NCBI GenBank assembly: GCA_951406725.2
Contig: OX597820.1
Span: forward strand, 13,330,001 to 13,394,000
Reading direction: 5' to 3'
DNA from: Octopus vulgaris
Lineage: Eukaryota
Length of the DNA: 64,000 bases
Shown: positions 56,186-64,000 of the stretch, in pieces
How positions within the stretch are numbered: position 1 is the stretch's first letter
How the letters are laid out: each line of letters begins with the position of its first letter
The notes under the pieces: generated by a model
What the model was told of the DNA's origin: nothing
Database searches by the model: none
Seen by the model: only the letters and a program-made list of their open reading frames with translations
Made by a program: the position numbers and the translations under genes

Positions 56186-56758
56186 AAGAAGGTTTGAAAA
56201 TGCAATTTAAAAGATGTTTATTTACTTAACCGGTTTCACTCTTTGGAAAAAGTGAAACCGGTTAAGTAAATAAACATCTTTTAAATTGCACTTTCAAACC
56301 TTCTTTCGTATATAATTCCACTCGTGCGATACCCCACAACTCAACTTTGTTATATATATATATATATATATATATATGAATACACACACATACACACACA
56401 CGTTTGTGTAGATGTGTATAATATAAAATCTTAACAATAAAGCACAACAGCACACACTTATAGTGTGCCGGTGTGCTTTATGCTTAAAATTGTGTATTAA
56501 ATGTAAACATGTCAACAGTAACCATGTCTGCGGATCTACTTATTTCGAACCATAGGCGATACATATTTACAAGAATGTAATATGACCCATGTACAGGACA
56601 TACATCTGGTGAGTGACGCGACGACATGGTTATATCTGTTACACGACACACGGACCTCTTCCATATACCTATTACGACACAAAATATGCCCACCCAACAC
56701 GTTCTTTTAAACACACAAAGCTATCATGTGCACGTGCTTTTTCATATTGTATTATATA

Positions 56759-57600
56759 CGAGAGGCATTCGAGAAGGTTTGAGACTTTTGTTTTGCGAAG
56801 AAGCATTTATATCTTTCCTTGGTTATTGTAATTTTAGTTTATTGTTACTGTAAATCTAATAAGCTGACCTGCCAAATTGTCTTCTTCTAGATTGAAAGAG
56901 ATGGTTGTAACAGCACTTTGAACACATGAAGTAAACACTGCTTATCACAGCTCGCTAGTTTGCATAATACAGTCGGGACGTTAAGACAGTATGGAAACTC
57001 ACTGTGCAATAAGGTTTTGTGTTAAACTAGGAAAAAACGCTATAGAAACTTATGAACTGCTCCAGACTGGTCATGGATTACTATTTCGCTGGTACAAGAG
57101 GTTCATGAAGGGTAGAGAGGAGGTGAGAGACGATGACACATGTGTGAGGGAGAAGGATGTCAGAACATCAGAGCTGGTTGAGGAAATTCTGGATGAAGGC
57201 CGTCGCATATCTTTAAAAGCAACAAGCCTACAATTTGGAGTTGGAGAGGCAGAAGCAAGAACGAGTCAATTGCTCCCAGGCTCTTTCGACAATGTGCCAA
57301 GAAAATGAGGAGGAATTTTTCAGCAGACTTATTACACAGGATGAAACATGGGTCCATCACTATGATCCTGAGACTAAAGTCCAGTCAAAGCAATGAAAGC
57401 ATGATAACTCACCACCTCCAAAGCAGGCTCGTGTTCAATCTTCAGCAAGCAAAGTGATGCTCAGTCTTTTGGGACCAGCGCGGAGTAGTGATGAGGGATT
57501 TTCTGATTAACTTATTTCCGAGATAAGATCTTGGCTCCAGACGCAACCTACCGATTTCTACAGACGAGGTCTTCACAGCTTCATAAAGCGATGGGAGAAG
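56759..57600 (+). pseudogene. Mariner (DD34D-like) relic
   Basis: TA|CGAGAGGC.. TIR-like start; AIRFCVKLGKNAIETYELL..FRWYKRF..GREEVRDD; ITQDETWVHHYDPETKVQSKQ; deletions and stops. Confidence 0.82.
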
Positions 57601-58082
57601 TGTGTCACATACGTACGCGCAAACAACACAAAACACATATATACATATATACGACGGGATTCTTTCAGTTTCAGTCTAACAAATCCACTCATAAGGCTTT
57701 GGTCGGCCCGAGGCTATAGTAGAAGACACTTGCCCAAGGTGTCACATAGTGGGACTGAATCCGAAACTATGTGGTTGGTAAGCAAGCTACTTGCCACACA
57801 GCCACTCCTGCGCCTATATGTATATATATATAATCAAATTTCGGGTTCTATAGTATGTCCCATAATTCACACCCTAAGGTAGTACGACGCGGGTTATCAA
57901 GTTGTGTAATAAGCTAGATTATTGAACACCGAGGAGGTGAAGTGACTACGATTATATAATATTTCAGCAAACAATTGTGTAACAATGGCAGTTAATTTGC
58001 CGAAACCCACCTGTTTTTCTGAAGCCTAGAATACCATACATGTTTTTGTTTTGTATTTTGTTAATACTATATATACACATAT

Positions 58083-58482
58083 AGGCGCAGGAGTGGCTGT
58101 GTGGTAAGTAGCTTGCTTACCATCCACATGGTTCCGGGTTCAGTCCCACTGCGTGGCACCTTGGGCAAGTGTCTTCTACTATAGCCTCGGGCCGACCAAA
58201 GCCTTGTGAGTGGATTTGGTAGACGGAAACTGAAAGAAGCCCGTCGTATATATATATACATGCGTGTGTGTGCTTGTGTGTCTTTGTTCGTCCCCCTAGC
58301 ATTGCTTGACAACCGATGCTGGTGTGTTTACGTCCCCGTTACTTAGCGATTCGGCAAAAGAGACCGATAGAATAAGTACTAGGCTTACAAAGAATAAGTC
58401 CCGGGGTCGATTTGCTCGACTAAAGGCGGTGCTCCTGCATGGCCGCAGTCAAATGACTGAAACAAGTAAAAGAGTAAAAGAG
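58083..58482 (+). mobile_element. tRNA-derived SINE family B with central TA/GT microsatellite; other copies at ~7530, 11020, 14750, 18260, 25320, 32408, 41385, 47205, 48045, 50140, 50560, 57650, 63298
   Basis: Head GGCGCAGGAGTGGCTGTGTGGTAAG..GGTTCCGGGTTCAGTCCC, body CCTTGGGCAAGTGTCTT, tail (AGTAAAAG)n; many mutually similar copies. Confidence 0.88.
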
Positions 58483-60336
58483 TATATACATATATATGTA
58501 TACTCTCGTCGTAACTGACCGAGTGCCAGGTATAAGATAGGAGCCATCAAGAATGAATTAAGGGGTCGAGAACCGGAAAGGTTCGCAGAATCATTCTCAA
58601 CAGATGTTTTCAGCAGACTACTTCCACGCCCAGATTCCAGCTGATTTATTACCATTTATAAGCAGTAAACTAGTTTCACCTGTGTATTAGCTTTGTAGAC
58701 ATCAGACGTAACTCACGTTATAATACTACTGACTAGTTTTGTGTGGAGATGCGGTACCGTAGACATTGATTCAACGATGTGTAATGGTGCGCGGTAGATG
58801 TGTAGTTATTGATCGATAAAGTTTATATTGATATTGTTAGTGATCTAAAGATTCGCTAAACTTGACATGATCACAAATAGTAAAGTTAATTACAAACTAA
58901 TTAAGTGATTCTGCCGTTTCTGTTTAGAAAGCTACAAAATCTCTTGCCTCGGCGGAAAACAATGTATGTGGGCGTTCACATCAAAGCCATCCATAGACAG
59001 AATAAAGGAAACCTGCAGTTCATTCATGCTTCAGGCTGGTGGTTTCTTTCTTTCTTTCTTTCTTTCTTTTTGTTTTTTGTTGTTTTTTTACTGAAATATG
59101 TCAAAATAATTAATTGAAAGAAATATTATCAAAGCTTATTAAGTAAACAAGAGTTTACATAAAACCTTATTAGATAATTACCCATCTAAACGCAGCGAGC
59201 TGACAGAAACGTAAGGTGGCGAGCTAGCAGAAACGTTAGCACGCCGGGCGAAATGCTTAGTGGTATTTCGTCTGCCGTTACGTTCTGAGTTCAAATTCCG
59301 CAGAGGTCGACTTTGCCTTTCATCCTTTCGGGGTCGATAAATTAAGTACCAGTTACACACTGGGGTTGATGTAATCCACTTAATCCGTTTGTCTGTCCTT
59401 GTTTGTCCTCTCTGTGTTTAGCCCCTTGTGGGTAGTAAATTGGGTATTTCGTCTGCCGCGACGTTCTGAGTTCAAATTCCGCCGAGGTCGACAAGTTCTG
59501 GCCTTGTACCTATAGAAGTAGGGCAAAAAATAGTTTCCCATCAAAGAAACGTGATAGAATATTCTTCCAGTAAGTTGATTGCATTGATCTCAGTACTCGA
59601 CTACGAAAGGATGGAGGGTAGAGTTGACCACGGCGGAAATTGAACTCGACTGTATTGAATATTAGTTTCAATTTAGGCGCAAGACTAGTAATCTCAGGGT
59701 GTTTTTACGCAGGTAAAACTAGTTTATTGCTTATAAATGGCAATAAATCAGAATCTGGGAGGGAAAGTGCCTCGTTTTGTTCAAAATGGAATACATCAAT
59801 GATCCCTCAACTTTTCGGGTTTCGGTCCCCAGTATGTAACTGGTACTTATTTTATCGGCCCCGGAAGGAAGAGAGGCAAAGTCGAACTCGACGTAATTTG
59901 AGTTCATAACGTAAAGAAAGACGAAATGTCGCAAAGCATTTCGTCCGGCGTATTAACCATTCTGCCACCTCGCCACCTTGACTCCATAGAATTTTCAAAT
60001 CTAACAGAATGATAATCTTTGATAATCTTACTAAAACTAATACGTCGTCATTGCTGTTATTGATGTTTAGACACAAGTTAACCTGGGTTCAATTAGGCCT
60101 GTAATCAAAGGCTTTCCAGCCATGACTCTACCACATTTCTCATTTTTAGGCACGATGTACTCTGGACAAAAACATTTAATGTGCAGGGACTTGTCTGCCA
60201 TTTGTAGCAGATAAAGTGATCCCTTATACGTTTTATCATTGGTTAAGAAACACGAGTTTATTATTTATGTTGTTGTTGTTGCCTTTTCAAATCGACTTCG
60301 GCCTCTCAAATCTGTTATCAAAGGTACTCGATCTAC

Positions 60337-60477
<141 letters not shown>

Positions 60478-60561
60478 GTGTATGAAAAGTTTTGAGCCTT
60501 GCAGTCTTGTACCTTCATCAGAAGTCTTGTACCATGTTTTGTTTTATTCTCATACACCCTT

Positions 60562-60681
<120 letters not shown>

Positions 60682-60766
60682 AAGAAGAAGAAGAAAAAGA
60701 AAAAGAAGAAGAAGAAAATAGAGATTGGGAAGTTAATAACAATATTAACAATAAATCGATCATCAT

Positions 60767-60848
60767 CCCTTACAGCTGTTTCAATTAATACTGAGTGAAT
60801 TAATTAAATATTAAATTCAGATGACCTGAGCATAATATCTTCAGAGGG
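60767..60848 (-). ncRNA. Type I hammerhead motif, canonical core, long AU-rich stem II
   Basis: Minus strand CCCT-CTGAAGA-(imperfect ~55-nt hairpin)-GAAAC-AGCT-GTA-AGGG. Confidence 0.75.
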
Positions 60849-60910
60849 GAAAAGTTATACCCTTGGATGTTTTATATGTGTATATAGATTTGTCATAACA
60901 GACTCATACA

Positions 60911-60962
<52 letters not shown>

Positions 60963-60964
<2 letters not shown>

Positions 60965-61459
60965 AGCAGTATCGCCCGGCGTTGCTCGGGTTTGTAAGGG
61001 AAATAACTATATAAGCATTTTTAGAGAGTTACTTCCCTTATAGATGCCAATTCGGGCTTTCTTAGCCATTTCTGTTTTGGTGTCTTCAAGCCATGAAGTC
61101 GTTGTTCTAAAAGAACGCTGGTCTCCTTGACAACGCATTACGACGTTGATTTCTTTACACTCCCTTCCCCACAGCTTCGCGAGGGAGGAAGAAGGGGGAG
61201 AAGCAAACAGGTGCAGGTGTTTGAGCATGGACGCCAACTCCGCCGCCATCGACACACGAAAAATTATGCATTAAAATGGAATAAAAAATGATGTTAAATT
61301 ATTTTTTAAATCGTAGACTCATCGTAGACGCGCGCTAATAGCCAGACGGGCTCGATATTAATCACGACTATAAGCTACCCGAATTTGGTTAAACTGCACC
61401 GCAAAATGTGGGAGGAGTTAGGAATCTAAATCGTAGGAGACAGACACTCACACAACTAC

Positions 61460-61470
<11 letters not shown>
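60963..61470 (-). mobile_element. Non-autonomous Helitron
   Basis: Minus strand 3' end CCCGAGCAACGCCGGG hairpin + CGATACTGCTAG|T; 5' end ATATATAAAAG..TGTCTGTC merges into a TA array, so the terminal TC is not visible. Confidence 0.8.
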
Positions 61471-61551
<81 letters not shown>

Positions 61552-62260
61552 AACGAGCTTCCATACAGTTTCTGCTAATCAAATTCATTCATTCCCAAGG
61601 CATTGATCGGACCGAAGCTATGGTAAACAGCTGCCCAAGGTGCCGCGTAGCGGGACTGAACCCAAAACCACGATCCTGCAAAACAGCCATGCCTGCGCCT
61701 ATATTCGTTTTTTATTTCTGAGATATATGACTTAAGGCAGATTAGGCTGCTATTTCTATCAGATCGAGGAAACCACATAGGGCGTCCTTCATTACACAAT
61801 ACCAATGTTAAAATTCGTTACACAATACAAATGTTAAAAACTTTTGTATTGTGTAGCGAGTGTCATCGACCAGATATGAACATCTGGTGACATGAATCAG
61901 CGACGAAGCTTTAATTTCACATTAAAGTCATTTCGTACGAAACCATTAAAGTGCTGTAGGCTTCTTCCTTTGGCAGGCCTAATCCTCCATGCTCGATCTC
62001 AGACTTTTGTCAGGCCTTGGTTCATATTTCTTTCTCAGTGATACTTTAAAAATGTTTATCTTTTACTTGTTTCGGTCATTGGACTGAGGCCATACAAGGG
62101 CACCACCTCGCGGGAGCTTTAGTCGAAGGAATCGACACCAGTATTCCATCGGGCCCTTATGCCGAACAGCTAAATTAGGGGACAAAAAAATACACCATCA
62201 CTTGTTGTCGAGTGGTAGTAGGCGGTCAAACACAGACACTCACACACACACACTCACAGA

Positions 62261-62297
<37 letters not shown>

Positions 62298-62309
62298 GCA
62301 TGTATATTT

Positions 62310-62468
62310 TTTCGTTCTCTCTCTATTTATCTCCTCTTATTTCTTTCTGTTGAAGAGCATAGGCTCGAAACGTAAAAGACTTTCTCATTTTACCCGAGCG
62401 TCAAATTAATACACCTTCTTGTTGTTCATACACCAGTCTTCGTCTTTGTTTTTCCATAAATTTGAACT
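62310..62468 (+). mobile_element. Solo PLE pLTR fragment with hammerhead motif (62342-62379)
   Basis: TCTTT-CTGTTGA-A-GAGC(ATAG)GCTC-GAAACGTA-AAAGA, followed by a diverged tail homologous to 6187-6285, ending in (TA)n. Confidence 0.75.
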
Positions 62469-62882
62469 ATATATATATATATATATATATATACATACAA
62501 ACATACATACATACATACATACATACATACATACATACATACATACATACATACATACATTCATACATACATACAAACATACATATGCGTGATGTGTGTG
62601 TATGTGTGCGTGAGTGTGTATGAGTGAGTGTAAGTCGTCTAAGTTTCCATAAGTCAGTAAAAAGTGTACTCGTATATCTGTTAAAAGAGGGGGTATGTCA
62701 TACGAAATGTACAGTATTATATATCCACTAGGGCCAACCTTTCCAATCGGTTTCGCGTTAGGGATTCAAAGGAGGGTTAGGTAGCAATACGATTGTGGAT
62801 TGTTTAACCCTGCGCAAGTCCTGATGAGCGGAGGGTTACTGAGCACTTCGGATAATACATATATACATACATATATATATGT

Positions 62883-62978
<96 letters not shown>

Positions 62979-63254
62979 AAGTGGAGTTGTAGGGTACCGC
63001 ACGAGTGGAATTATATACGAAAGAAGGTTTGAAACTGCAATTTTAAAAGATGATTATTTACTTTACCGGTTTCACTCTTTGGAAAAAGATTGTCAAAAGT
63101 AACATGTAGAAGTTTGGTTGCCTTAATTATTGTAACAACCAATAATTAACGCAACCAAACTTCTACGTGTTACTTTTGACAATCTTTTTCCAAAGTGTGA
63201 AACCGGTAAAGTAAATAAACATCTTTTAAATTTGCATTTTCAAACCTTCTTTCG

Positions 63255-63299
<45 letters not shown>

Positions 63300-63829
63300 C
63301 AGGTTTCTTTCAGTTTCCGCCCACCAAGTCCACTCACAACGCTTTGGGTATAGCTGTAAACATTTGCCCAAAGTGCCACGCAGTGGGATTGAACCCAGAA
63401 CCCAGAACCATGTGGTAGGGAAATAAGCTCCTTACCACACAGCCATGCTCGCGTCTAACTACTCGGGTGGTTGAAAAAAAATTGATAATGTGTATCACAC
63501 GTGATCCATGTACACTAAGGAATACATGTCCTATGTATTTCATGGATTATATAAGGCAGGCAAATTGCTTTTCACACCTTTATAAAATCCAGGCTATTTT
63601 TTCAGCCCCAGATCAACACTACGAGCAGCTCAGTGTTCAAAGAGGTTTTAGGCACAACTCTCTAATCTTACGCTTTTAAGATATTACTTATCTAAGGCTA
63701 CATAACACAATGTAGTTAAACCTTGAGGTTCGATTAAAACTAAGATTTGACTGCTATTTTTAGCAAACTGAAGGAACACTTTTATAGGGCGCCATAGAAA
63801 TTCGTTTCAATTCAGGTAGTCTGCTTATA

Positions 63830-63969
63830 CGGGGTGTTCAAAAAGTCTCTTCGCAGTAAGTTTTTTATTGCCAAATAAATATTTATAAGATGGTATAAGA
63901 CTTCAAAAGAATATATTAGACTTCAGAGGATGAAAGAATTCACTGCGGATAGACTTTTTGAACAGCCTG
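63830..63969. mobile_element. Tc1/mariner MITE, same family as 10778
   Basis: TA-CGGGGTGTTCAAAAAGTCTCTTCGCAGT...ACTGCGGATAGACTTTTTGAACAGCCTG-TA. Confidence 0.82.
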
Positions 63970-64000
63970 TATAATACACCGATATGTATGAATGAGCGTG

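Noticed and set aside
60484-60525. Minus-strand CTGATGA-AGG...CAAAAC
   Set aside because: Stem II does not pair and G12 is missing.
62818-62856. CTGATGAG followed by CGGAG..CTTCG hairpin
   Set aside because: Followed by GATAA and a microsatellite instead of GAAA, stem III and stem I; at best a truncated HHR.

Overview
AT-rich, microsatellite-saturated animal genomic DNA with no convincing host protein-coding exon. The SINE families and repeat landscape suggest an octopus genome (inference). Nearly all ORF-track entries are translations of (TA)n, (TACA)n, (GATA)n, (AAT)n, (GAA)n or (GT)n repeats, or of SINEs. Real coding content is transposon-derived: a near-intact 5'-truncated Penelope-like element (PLE; RT + Cys linker + GIY-YIG, ~2741-6285), a CR1-group LINE 3' part, an R4/Dong-like restriction-endonuclease fragment, an RTE fragment, several Tc1/mariner relics and MITEs, two non-autonomous Helitrons and many tRNA-derived SINEs. 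The most striking signal is non-coding. About ten type I hammerhead ribozyme (HHR) motifs, from several unrelated short elements mostly lodged in microsatellites, show canonical and recurrent non-canonical cores (CUGUNGA, CCGANGA, an extra nucleotide after A9) and palindromic stem III. Some copies start at or near the predicted cleavage site, and several fold-back palindromes pivot inside the predicted stem II. One family (3 copies) fuses a tRNA-derived Pol III head to an HHR and shows PLE-style inverted 5' ends, making it a candidate PLE-mobilised SINE/retrozyme. All structures were read by eye; none was computed or searched.
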